Shown piece after piece: positions 17,798 to 27,074 of a stretch of 38,191 bases of DNA. How positions within the stretch are numbered: the stretch's first letter is position 1; each line of letters opens with the position of its first letter. Under the pieces are notes generated by a model, which did not search any database, was not told where the DNA came from, and was given only the letters and a program-made list of their open reading frames with translations. Made by a program: the position numbers and the translations under genes. Origin of the DNA: a virus (lineage: Duplodnaviria > Caudoviricetes); the IMG/VR virus record IMGVR_UViG_3300022173_000002, positions 1 through 38,191 of that record. The stretch is one strand, 5' to 3'.

Positions 17798-19249
17798 TTG
17801 GCTTTTAACAAAGCACCATCTCAAAGTACCTATCAGACAAAAGATGTCGAACTCATCATGGCGATGGATAACCGGGATGCTGCTGGCACAAAGGACGTTA
17901 TTGCTCTGAATGGTTTCTACGACATCGTTCAAGACAAGGCAACTAAAACTAACAAGTATGTCTTCATGAAACGGGAGGGTTTAATTGCCTATCCGTTTGA
18001 AAGCCCCAGTGCAGTGATTCGTGGAATCTTTTACTGGGAAGAAGAGAACAAATACTTTGTTGCCTATGATAATAAAATTGCCATTGTCACAGCATCTACT
18101 GGGGCCTTGGTCACTACGGTGACTCCTTTCATCACTACTACTGGTGAAGTTGGCTGGACTGAGTTTTACTTTGCTTCTGGTGATGTAAAAATTGTGGCTT
18201 GCGATGGCTCTCGTATTATCACTATTGATTCTTCTAACGTAGTTGTAAACAGCACTTCTCCAGACTTACCCACACCAATGAAACCCAATGTGGTTTATTT
18301 GGACGGTTATCTCTTTGTAATTAAAGACGGTACGTCAGACATCTATAATAGTAACTTAGACAACCCTTTGCTGTATACTGCTGGTGACTTCATTACAGCA
18401 GAAATGCTTCCTGATACTCTAGTACGTATCTCTAGGCTGAATAACTACCTTGTTGCCTTTGGTACGGCTTCTATTGAATACTTCTTTGATGCCGCTAATG
18501 CTAGTGGCTCTCCACTCAATCGTAATGACACTCCATTAAAACAAGTTGGTTATCTTGGTGGACTGGCTGCTCATGACAATGCAATTTATTTTGTAGGTCA
18601 GGCAGCAAACACAGAACCACAGGTGATGAAAGTAGAAGACTTTAGATTAGAAATGATTGGAAGCCCTCCTTTACGTCGCTATTTGGAACCAAACACAGCT
18701 TTTGAAGGCTGTATCATTTCACAGAATGGTCACAACTTCTACGTTCTTAAAGTAGGTTTAATCACTTACTGTATGGATATGGACACTGGTATCTGGACTA
18801 GAATGGCCTTTAAGCAGACTAGTGTGTTTCAGTCCAAGTTTGCACAGAACATGGTAATCAATGGAGTGGGTAACTCGTCCATTGTGGTCTTGGAAGGTGA
18901 TACCAAGATGTATTACTTTAGTCCAAACATTTATCAAGATGATGGTGTTAACTTTACTGTCACTGTTCAAACTGAGAAACAAATGTTTGACACCATGCAT
19001 GAGAAATACATGTCTCGTGTTTTAGTTGTAGCGGACCGTCCACCTAGTAATGCTAATCTTTTGATTAGTTTTACTGATGATGATTATCAAACCTACTCTA
19101 CTCCACGATCAGTCAACCTAAATCAAGAAGCTCCTATTTTACATCGATGGGGACGGTTTCGTCGTCGAGCTTTTAAACTAGACTTTACAGAGAATGCTCC
19201 ACATCGAGTTGAGAAGCTGGAAGTTGACTTTAACATTGGGAGTCGGTAA
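17798..19249 (+). CDS. Tail nozzle / DNA stabilisation protein (P22 gp10-like)
   Basis: 483 aa beta-rich; VVYLDGYLFV, LVAFGTASIEYF, WGRFRRR motifs. Confidence 0.78.
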   Translation: MAFNKAPSQSTYQTKDVELIMAMDNRDAAGTKDVIALNGFYDIVQDKATKTNKYVFMKREGLIAYPFESPSAVIRGIFYWEEENKYFVAYDNKIAIVTASTGALVTTVTPFITTTGEVGWTEFYFASGDVKIVACDGSRIITIDSSNVVVNSTSPDLPTPMKPNVVYLDGYLFVIKDGTSDIYNSNLDNPLLYTAGDFITAEMLPDTLVRISRLNNYLVAFGTASIEYFFDAANASGSPLNRNDTPLKQVGYLGGLAAHDNAIYFVGQAANTEPQVMKVEDFRLEMIGSPPLRRYLEPNTAFEGCIISQNGHNFYVLKVGLITYCMDMDTGIWTRMAFKQTSVFQSKFAQNMVINGVGNSSIVVLEGDTKMYYFSPNIYQDDGVNFTVTVQTEKQMFDTMHEKYMSRVLVVADRPPSNANLLISFTDDDYQTYSTPRSVNLNQEAPILHRWGRFRRRAFKLDFTENAPHRVEKLEVDFNIGSR

Positions 19250-19728
19250 TGGCTGTCCTTCTTCCACCAACTCCAGTGGGCGTGCCTCCAGGGCACTCCT
19301 TTTGGAATGACTGGTACGAAAAACTAAGAACTATTGTTAATCAGGGTAGCATCTCTGTTCTCTGGTCCAACATCAATTTCTCTGGTAGCTCTATTACCGA
19401 CATTGCTTCTAGGGCACACAATAACCTCCAATCTCTTCAGGGAGGTACTACTGGTGAATACTACCACTTAACAGCAGCACAATACGCTGCGTTAACGGCA
19501 GGACCGCACAATACGCTGTCAGGTTTGCAGGGTGGTATAGCTGGTCAGTATTACCACTTAACCCAGACACAACACACTCGGGCAACCGGCTTTATTAGTC
19601 AAGCAGCAGACCCAGTAGCTGCCGACATTGCATCAGGTCAATGGGCTCTCTATAAAAATACAACGTCTGGTCTTGTCAAGTTATGGGCAAACGATGGCGG
19701 TACGCTCAAGAGCGTTACATTGACTTAA
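19249..19728 (+). CDS. Tail-associated protein with two HNxLxxLQGG..G.YYHLT repeats
   Basis: Coupled to nozzle gene (TAATG); internal duplication. Confidence 0.6.
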   Translation: MAVLLPPTPVGVPPGHSFWNDWYEKLRTIVNQGSISVLWSNINFSGSSITDIASRAHNNLQSLQGGTTGEYYHLTAAQYAALTAGPHNTLSGLQGGIAGQYYHLTQTQHTRATGFISQAADPVAADIASGQWALYKNTTSGLVKLWANDGGTLKSVTLT

Positions 19729-19737
19729 AGGAATAAA

Positions 19738-20991
19738 ATGAAGATTCAATCTAAACACGATGGCTACGTTAAAGGTGTCCGCTTAGTCTATGATGGCTAT
19801 GGGGGCAGTGGTGGTCTTGGAGGTGGTGATGGCTCAGGCTCTGCTGGATATGGCGGTGGTGGTTATGGATCGGGTATGGGTGGACTAGGAGGCGGAGGCG
19901 GTGGTTACGGAGGCTATGGCTCCGACTCAGGTGCGGATAGCGCCTATGGTGGTGGCAACACTGGACCAAGTGCAGGAGCCGGTATTGGCTTTGGCTTAGG
20001 TGGTTTTGGTGATGGTGGTTACAACGGCTACGGCTCTGACATGGGTCCAGATAGCGCCTACGGCGGTTTCAACACGGGTCCGGGAGTTGGTCTTGGTATG
20101 GGTGGTTTTGGTTCTGGGTACGGAGATGCTTTTGGACTAGACGCAAATACTAGTTTAGCTAGTATGTTTGCAACCCCAACCGCAACAGACATGGACATGT
20201 CATTAGTAGACACCATGACACCAGAAGAACGGGCTAGAAAGATGGCTCTTAGCATTGGTGTTCCTATTGCTATGCAAGCAATGGGTCCTGTTGGTGGTTT
20301 ACTTGGTCCGGCTGTGGGAGCCATGACAGGCACCATGACTAATAACCAAGCTGCCAAAATGGGTATGAGTGGCATCATGTCTGGTCTTGGTACTGCTCTT
20401 GGGGGTCCTATTGGTGGGCTTCTTGGTAGTTTAGGTGCTCGTGCTCTTGGCAATCCAACTGGCCCCGGACCAGCTTCTAAAGCAGATGGTAAGGGTTTTG
20501 ATCTTGGTGGATTAGCTGGCGGCTTGGCTGGTATGTATATGGCTAGTCAAGGTGCTAAGGATCAGAAGAACGTTGCTAATACTGCACAGCAAATCTCTGC
20601 TGGTCAGACGCAACAGCTTCAAGATATGTTTGGTCCTAACTCAGCGGCTTCTCAACAGCTTCGCCAACAGCTTGATCGTCGTGATGCTGCCTCTGGTCGC
20701 CGTAGTCAGTATGGTCCACGTGAAGTGGAACTTCAGGCTAAACTGGCTCAGATGCAAGCTCAGTATGCTCCCGGCTTGATGAATGCTTCTACCTCTGCAA
20801 ACAATCAAGCAATGCTTGCACAACAGGCTCGTCGTCAGCAGCAGAACGCTCAACTCAATAACCTGCTACAGCTTGGTCAAAAGAGTGGTGCCTTTGATGC
20901 TGCTCAACGTGGTTTAAGCGGTTTGTTTGGTAATGGTAGTCAGGGTGGGTTTGATCGAGGTTATATTGATCCCACCACATTCTACGCATAA
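19738..20991 (+). CDS. Gly-rich DNA ejection (pilot) protein
   Basis: Extreme Gly content, hydrophobic GxxG segments, Q-rich coiled coil; first of three internal-protein genes. Confidence 0.65.
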   Translation: MKIQSKHDGYVKGVRLVYDGYGGSGGLGGGDGSGSAGYGGGGYGSGMGGLGGGGGGYGGYGSDSGADSAYGGGNTGPSAGAGIGFGLGGFGDGGYNGYGSDMGPDSAYGGFNTGPGVGLGMGGFGSGYGDAFGLDANTSLASMFATPTATDMDMSLVDTMTPEERARKMALSIGVPIAMQAMGPVGGLLGPAVGAMTGTMTNNQAAKMGMSGIMSGLGTALGGPIGGLLGSLGARALGNPTGPGPASKADGKGFDLGGLAGGLAGMYMASQGAKDQKNVANTAQQISAGQTQQLQDMFGPNSAASQQLRQQLDRRDAASGRRSQYGPREVELQAKLAQMQAQYAPGLMNASTSANNQAMLAQQARRQQQNAQLNNLLQLGQKSGAFDAAQRGLSGLFGNGSQGGFDRGYIDPTTFYA

Positions 20992-21000
20992 GGAATAGTT

Positions 21001-22002
21001 ATGGACATGCCCGGATATACCGACTACGGTAAAATGTATGAAATGAACCCCGGTGCTTTTATGCAAGCACAGGAACAAGTGGGGTTGGCACAGCAGTTTC
21101 AAAAGCAGAAGCAGTTACAAGCGGAGCAGACTACTCAAGGTATGGGTTTGGACAACATGTTCAAACAAGATACTTATGGGGATAGGGTTCGTAAAGGAAC
21201 TGCTGATGCCGACTTAGCTGGTTATCAGGCTAGTGATGCTGGAGTTAAAAACAGGATTAACACGGCCACTGAAGGTTTGCAACTGGACGCCCAACAGCGT
21301 AAGCTATTAATGGAAGCTAGTAAGGCTGACCTTGACGGTATGGAACTGGAAGCACAACGACTGGCCTACAGCCAGAATCCACAAGAACGTGAGGCAGGCT
21401 CTCAACTTTTGAGGATGCATAAAGACTTTATTAAGATGAGGGAAGAGGGTGGTATCCGTGCTGATGCTGCTAAAGAAGCCCACAAGAATAACTTGCAGCT
21501 TGAGGGTGTTCGTCAGAGTGGTCAGATTAAGCTGGAGAATCTTCGTAGCTCTAATAGGGTTGCTGCTAAAGGCTCTGCAACACAAGGCATTGGTGATGTC
21601 TATAGAGCGGTTCAATCTGGTAAAGTGAGTCCTGATAAAGCTGCTGCTGCCTTTGGCTCTGCTGCCCTTCAGGCACAAGCTGCTGGTGACATGGAAATGT
21701 ACACTCAGTACGCTACTGCTGCTGCTCAGATGGAACGTCTTGCTATGACTACCAAACCTGATGCTGCTGCTGGTAAGCCTGATGTTGGTGCTCTTGGTGG
21801 TATTCCAGTTGTACCTCCTCGTGTGCCTACCTTCACTCCTCCCACTGCGGGCGCATTACCGCAGGCTACTCCTACACCCCAAGCACCCGTTAAGGCACCC
21901 CCTGCTGGTGCTGTACAAATGCTCAAGTCCAATCCTGCCCTTGCGGCAGCTTTCGATCAGAAGTATGGACCGGGAGCTTCTAAACAAATCTTAGGACAAT
22001 AA
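21001..22002 (+). CDS. Internal virion / ejection protein
   Basis: A/Q-rich helical protein between pilot and large internal protein. Confidence 0.6.
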   Translation: MDMPGYTDYGKMYEMNPGAFMQAQEQVGLAQQFQKQKQLQAEQTTQGMGLDNMFKQDTYGDRVRKGTADADLAGYQASDAGVKNRINTATEGLQLDAQQRKLLMEASKADLDGMELEAQRLAYSQNPQEREAGSQLLRMHKDFIKMREEGGIRADAAKEAHKNNLQLEGVRQSGQIKLENLRSSNRVAAKGSATQGIGDVYRAVQSGKVSPDKAAAAFGSAALQAQAAGDMEMYTQYATAAAQMERLAMTTKPDAAAGKPDVGALGGIPVVPPRVPTFTPPTAGALPQATPTPQAPVKAPPAGAVQMLKSNPALAAAFDQKYGPGASKQILGQ

Positions 22003-22004
22003 CA

Positions 22005-25000
22005 ATGGCAAATCCTTTCGACCAATTTGACTCGGCTTCTAGCGACAATCCGTTCGATCAGTTTGATGAAGAAAAGTCTTCTTGGTTGGATAAAGGTATT
22101 GGTGCCTTGGAAACTGTTGGTTCTATGCTTGCTCCCATGCCTTCCACCATCCTTGGTGGTTTGGTTGGTGGTGGCGTAGCCCTGACCCAAGGCATTGACA
22201 AGGGTGCTCAGACACTTGAAGACATCCAGAAATGGAACTTCGGTGCTGGTGAGTACAAACCGTCTAGTAAAACTGGTCAGCAGTATTCTGAGAATGTTGG
22301 ATCAGCTTTACAGTATCCAGTGGAGAAAGCTGGTCAGTTGGGTGAAGCCATTGGTGGTAACGCCGGTCGCTACGTTGGTGAGCTGCTTGTCGGCTCTGCT
22401 ATGGAGATGATTGAGCCTACGGCTGTATTTGCTGGTGCCAAGGGCCTTGCACGGCCTCGTAAGGGGTCTACAAGCCGCGTAGAGGGTATCCGGGTAGAGC
22501 AGGAGACAGTCAAGACTCCAGAGGCTCCTAAAGCCCCTATTGGTGAGCAGGGTAACTTGTTTGACCAGTTTGATGAGCGTAGCCCCATCAGCCCTTATCA
22601 GACTGAGATGGCCTCGGATATGTGGCGTGTTGATGAGAATGGTATCCCTATCCGGGCTGACCTCTCTATGGAAGTGCAGAATCTCCAGCAGCCTCTCCAA
22701 CGTAACCTGTTTGGTGATGAGTTGGATGTCAACTTCCCACGTGATCCTAACAAACCCCTTGACATGGCTACCGGTGACATTCAGGGACGTGAGCGTTTCT
22801 CTGAGCCTGTGGCTTTTAAGAACGATCCTGAGAATCAGATTGCCCTTACAGAAGCCATTGACAAGATGACTGCTGGAATTCGCAATCGAGAGGGTGGTAA
22901 GTTTGCTCCGGGTACTACTCGTGGGGATGCCCTCAAACGACTCCAAGGTGAGATTCCTGCTGACTCTGCTCTTGAAGTAGCTAAGATGGACGCTGACGGT
23001 ATGCGCCTACTAATTGAAGGAGCTACCGGTGATGCTGTCAAACGCTCGTTTAACGAAATGACTCGTAAGCAAGGTGGTGGTCTACTCATTGGTGATCGTA
23101 AAGTAGAGATTGTTCCTATTGAGGGCGGGTATGAGGCGCGTGTTGGTGACGCTGTTGTTGGCAAGTTAATGTCTAACCTCACTCCTGAGCAGGCCCTGAT
23201 GCTCAATGAGAACGGTAACGTCGAGATTGTCAAGGTAAATCCAGAGTTCAAAGGTAAAGGTGTTGGTCGTGCTTTGTATGAAGCATGGAACACGGCTATG
23301 CAAGGCCGTATTACTCCATCTGGTAAAACCTCGCAAGAGGCTTGGAATGTTTGGAAACAAGATTATCCAGATAAAGTGGATGTGTTTGTTGAGCAAGAGG
23401 CACAACGTATTCTTACTGGTGCTCCCACTCAACAAGTATTGTCTAATATTACTGATCCGGCTATTCGCAATCGTGTAGCTACACAAGCTACCAAGCCGAT
23501 GAGGGTACCACAATCTCAACGTGGTGGTGTTCTATTTGGTAAACAAGAACTCTCTGCTGACAATGCTCAAGTACAACGAGACAGCACGATCCCTCCTAAT
23601 CCAAATGTAGAAGAAGTTCTTGCTAAAGCTCGTGTTGAAAAGGATGGGAAGCAGTGGACTTATGTTCAGAGTGGTGGTACGTCAGTTGCAATGAAGAGCG
23701 GTTCTACTGCTATTCTTGCTGCTAGTCGTATTGTCCAGAACGCTCTGAAGCGTGCTGACTTGGCTATTCGAGACAGCATCTTCCCTGCCGAGGGTGCCTT
23801 ACGTAAACTGTCGCGTACAGAAATTACTGAAGTTGCTACCTTGATGAAGGATGAAATGTTTAATGGTCAGCGGTACGATGGTGACATCCTTGCCAAGAAC
23901 CTGTCTGTTAAGCAACTGGAAGCCTATCGTAATATGCGTGACTTGTTTGATAAGACGCTGGACGCGCAGAATGAGGCTAGACTGGCTAAAGGTCAAACAC
24001 CCATCACTCCTGTAGAGGCTTACCTCTCCAGCCGTTGGGAAGGTGACTTCCGTCGCCCTGTGTATGACACTGAAGGTAAACTGGTGTGGTATCTGGCTGC
24101 TCGTACAAAGCGTGGACTTGAAACTCAGTCCAACCAATTGAAGAAGCAATTCCCTGACCTGCTGATAGACCCGAAGAAAGATCACACGGTTACGTCTGGT
24201 CGCTCCAAGTCAGACTTGCAGGGTATGTATACGACTATGCTTGACTTGCTTGGTCGTGATGATCCAGCTATTGCTAAGATTCAGAAGGCCATTGAAGAAC
24301 AGACGGTTGCTCAAGGTGAGGCTGCTCTGGCACAAGAGAAGCACTTTGAGTCTAAAGGTAACATCCGTGGTTTCACTGGTGATCGTCCGGGTAAGAGTGG
24401 TAGCTCTGAAGCCATTGCTATGTTTGAACAGCAGATTCAGTATGCAAAGAACGCCTTTAAGTGGGCTGAGATGCAGAAGGCTGCCGATGACATCAAGGGC
24501 ATTGTGAGTGATCCAGTGCTGCAAGATACTCAGCCAAACAACGTCAAATACATCCGAGAGTATTTCAAGAATGCTATTGGTATGGGTGAGTCTCAAGTGT
24601 CTCGTGCCCTTGGTGACTCTCTTCGTGAAGGCTTAGGAGTTAGTCCTAAGATGATTGATGATGGTGTTGGTCATCTTAAAAGCTTCTTCATATTGCAGAA
24701 ACTGGCAGCTTCTCCCGGCTACATCTTGTCTAACATGATTCAAGCTGGTAACGTGATGCCCTATCTGGCTAACCTGCATGACCAAGGTTACAAGGGTAAT
24801 CCTGCTGTAGCTATGTTAGTGGGCTTTCCTGCTGGCATGATGATGGGTGTAGCTCACATGCTGAAGGCAACTGGTGGTGAGTACATTGACCGTTTGCCAA
24901 ATCAGTTCTTCAAAGATGCCTTCCAGTATGCAGAAGATAACGGCGTAACTGCCCGTTCTGTATATGACGAAGCTCCGCTAGAAACTGCGTTTAGTAACTT

Positions 25001-26177
25001 GTCAACACTGAAAAACATTGCTGCTAAAACCATGACTCTGCCTGAAACCTTTGTGCGCTCTACGGCATTTATGACGTATGCACAGATGCTTAAGGATAGT
25101 GGTAAGTTTAAGAACCAAGCTGAGTTGTTTCAGAAGGCAGAGGAGTTGGTTAACAAATCTATGGTGGACTACAGGGAGACTGAGCGTCCTCTGATGTTTG
25201 CAAAGGCTGGTACGGCTGGTAACTTTGCTAATACCTTGCAGACCTATCCCATGAGTTTCTACAACCAATGGGCATACATGCTGAAAGAGGCTACTCGTGG
25301 TAACGTGAGTGGTTTGGTTGCCTTGGCAGCTTTCCAGTACCTTGTAGCAGGAGCTATGGGTATTCCGGGCTTCCAAGATGCTGACGACATCTACAAATAT
25401 ATTCGAGACAACCTTGTTAGCTCGTCTACATACAACAAGATGGCTAAGAGCGAGTTCTTCTCCGATCCTAAGATGTGGATGATGGACACACTTGGCAACA
25501 GTTCTGTGTATGGTGTGTTGTCTGACCAAACTGGTGTTGGTATGACCTCTCGTGTTGCTGCACCTTCGTTGGGAGCAATGAGTCAGAGTCCAGCAGGTCC
25601 TATCCTTGATGTTGCTAAACAAGTCGGTGCTTTGGGTTCTGCTGTGATGGACCCAACCAATAAGACCAAATGGGCTCAGTCAGCTATGCTGTCTGCTCCT
25701 GTAGGTATTGCTGGTTTGCTGGAGCAATCGGGCATCATGGAAGGCTACACCTACAACGTCAATGACAAAGGTGAGAAGGTGTTCCTAAAGACCTCTGACT
25801 TGGAAGATCGCTCTGGAACCTACGCACGTAAGCCTGAAGAGGAGACAATGCGTAACTGGGGTGTTCGTAGCCAGAAGGAAGTGGTGACTAGGGATGTTGG
25901 CTATGCTACTCGTTTGGCCAATCAAACCATTACCAAGAAGTCTGGTGAACTTGGTTCTAAAATCTATGATGCCTATCGTCGAGGTGACACGCAGAAGTAT
26001 ATGGAGTTGACTACTCTCTACGTTGATTTGACTGGTAAGGAACTTCCTGCTGGTACGTTTGACAAAGAGATTAAGGAAGAGTTCTATACTGACATTCAGA
26101 AGAACTTGACCAACTCTAATACTCCGCGTCAACTGCTCAACGCAGCTAAAATGCAAAAACTATTGGAGAGTAAATGA
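22005..26177 (+). CDS. Large internal virion / ejection protein containing a GNAT-like domain
   Basis: 1390 aa, position in ejection cluster; VKVNPEFKGKGVGRALYE acetyl-CoA-binding motif A. Confidence 0.72.
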   Translation: MANPFDQFDSASSDNPFDQFDEEKSSWLDKGIGALETVGSMLAPMPSTILGGLVGGGVALTQGIDKGAQTLEDIQKWNFGAGEYKPSSKTGQQYSENVGSALQYPVEKAGQLGEAIGGNAGRYVGELLVGSAMEMIEPTAVFAGAKGLARPRKGSTSRVEGIRVEQETVKTPEAPKAPIGEQGNLFDQFDERSPISPYQTEMASDMWRVDENGIPIRADLSMEVQNLQQPLQRNLFGDELDVNFPRDPNKPLDMATGDIQGRERFSEPVAFKNDPENQIALTEAIDKMTAGIRNREGGKFAPGTTRGDALKRLQGEIPADSALEVAKMDADGMRLLIEGATGDAVKRSFNEMTRKQGGGLLIGDRKVEIVPIEGGYEARVGDAVVGKLMSNLTPEQALMLNENGNVEIVKVNPEFKGKGVGRALYEAWNTAMQGRITPSGKTSQEAWNVWKQDYPDKVDVFVEQEAQRILTGAPTQQVLSNITDPAIRNRVATQATKPMRVPQSQRGGVLFGKQELSADNAQVQRDSTIPPNPNVEEVLAKARVEKDGKQWTYVQSGGTSVAMKSGSTAILAASRIVQNALKRADLAIRDSIFPAEGALRKLSRTEITEVATLMKDEMFNGQRYDGDILAKNLSVKQLEAYRNMRDLFDKTLDAQNEARLAKGQTPITPVEAYLSSRWEGDFRRPVYDTEGKLVWYLAARTKRGLETQSNQLKKQFPDLLIDPKKDHTVTSGRSKSDLQGMYTTMLDLLGRDDPAIAKIQKAIEEQTVAQGEAALAQEKHFESKGNIRGFTGDRPGKSGSSEAIAMFEQQIQYAKNAFKWAEMQKAADDIKGIVSDPVLQDTQPNNVKYIREYFKNAIGMGESQVSRALGDSLREGLGVSPKMIDDGVGHLKSFFILQKLAASPGYILSNMIQAGNVMPYLANLHDQGYKGNPAVAMLVGFPAGMMMGVAHMLKATGGEYIDRLPNQFFKDAFQYAEDNGVTARSVYDEAPLETAFSNLSTLKNIAAKTMTLPETFVRSTAFMTYAQMLKDSGKFKNQAELFQKAEELVNKSMVDYRETERPLMFAKAGTAGNFANTLQTYPMSFYNQWAYMLKEATRGNVSGLVALAAFQYLVAGAMGIPGFQDADDIYKYIRDNLVSSSTYNKMAKSEFFSDPKMWMMDTLGNSSVYGVLSDQTGVGMTSRVAAPSLGAMSQSPAGPILDVAKQVGALGSAVMDPTNKTKWAQSAMLSAPVGIAGLLEQSGIMEGYTYNVNDKGEKVFLKTSDLEDRSGTYARKPEEETMRNWGVRSQKEVVTRDVGYATRLANQTITKKSGELGSKIYDAYRRGDTQKYMELTTLYVDLTGKELPAGTFDKEIKEEFYTDIQKNLTNSNTPRQLLNAAKMQKLLESK

Positions 26178-26647
26178 ACTTTGACGAAGCATTCACTACA
26201 CTACTTGGACATGAGGGTGGTTATAGCAACCATCCGAGTGATCCCGGTGGTGAGACAATGTGGGGCATTACGTGGCGTGTTGCACGTGCCCAAGGCTATC
26301 ATGGCCCTATGAAGGACATGCCTATCGAGACAGCCAAGAACATCTATTATAAGATGTACTGGACTCCTGTCAAGGCAGATGAGTTGCCCACTGTACTGCG
26401 CTATGCTGTGTTTGATGCTGCTGTGAACAGTGGCCCTCACCAAGCCGCTAAATGGCTTCAGAGGGCTGTTGCAGCAGATGATGACGGTAAGATTGGACCA
26501 GCAACTCTCGCTGCTGTTAAAGCCAAAGACCCTTACCAAGTCAAGGCTGCTATGCTGTCAGAACGACTTGTGTTTATGACTGCCCTACCCAACTGGTCTG
26601 CCTTCAGTAAAGGTTGGGCTAGACGGATTGCTAGCCTGTTGAAATAA
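26174..26647 (+). CDS. Endolysin, glycoside hydrolase family 108 with PG-binding domain
   Basis: HEGGYSNHPSDPGGETMWGIT, FDAAVNSG, DGKIGPATL, GWARR motifs. Confidence 0.93.
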   Translation: MNFDEAFTTLLGHEGGYSNHPSDPGGETMWGITWRVARAQGYHGPMKDMPIETAKNIYYKMYWTPVKADELPTVLRYAVFDAAVNSGPHQAAKWLQRAVAADDDGKIGPATLAAVKAKDPYQVKAAMLSERLVFMTALPNWSAFSKGWARRIASLLK

Positions 26648-26655
26648 GCAGACGT

Positions 26656-26699
26656 AAAAAAGCCCCGGAGGTCTTGCGACTTTGCGGGGCTTTTCTTTT
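26656..26699. terminator. Bidirectional rho-independent terminator between the two genome arms
   Basis: aaaaaagccccg...cggggcttttctttt with A-tract on the left and T-tract on the right, between convergent genes. Confidence 0.88.
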
Positions 26700-26886
26700 A
26701 TTTGGCTTCTACAGCCAGTTCGTCAATCCACTTGACATTAGCTGAGTTGATGAAAGACTTACGCCCATCACCACGTTCAACAACAATCCACTCTTTGTGG
26801 TCATATTTAACCACGTTAGTAATTGTCTTGTAAGAGCCATTCATAAATGCAAACAGCAAATCTCGATTCTGATTTGTAATACTCAT
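26698..26886 (-). CDS. Hypothetical protein
   Basis: GAGG RBS; ATGA overlap with upstream ORF. Confidence 0.65.
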   Translation of the reverse strand: MSITNQNRDLLFAFMNGSYKTITNVVKYDHKEWIVVERGDGRKSFINSANVKWIDELAVEAK

Positions 26887-27074
26887 TCTTCTACCTCATA
26901 TTTCATAATACCAATACGGAAGATTACAATGTCAATTGCAATCATCCACTTTAGTCCCTCATCTAAGCCATCTCCATCAATGTGTTCAATACCAATTTTG
27001 ATGCCATTGATAAGTTCAAAGAGTACGTTAAACTCCACAAGAGCCGCCATGACCAGTGAGGTCACAAATGTCAA
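26883..27074 (-). CDS. Hypothetical protein (start may be 27047)
   Basis: Coupled ORF downstream of RNR. Confidence 0.55.
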   Translation of the reverse strand: MTFVTSLVMAALVEFNVLFELINGIKIGIEHIDGDGLDEGLKWMIAIDIVIFRIGIMKYEVEE

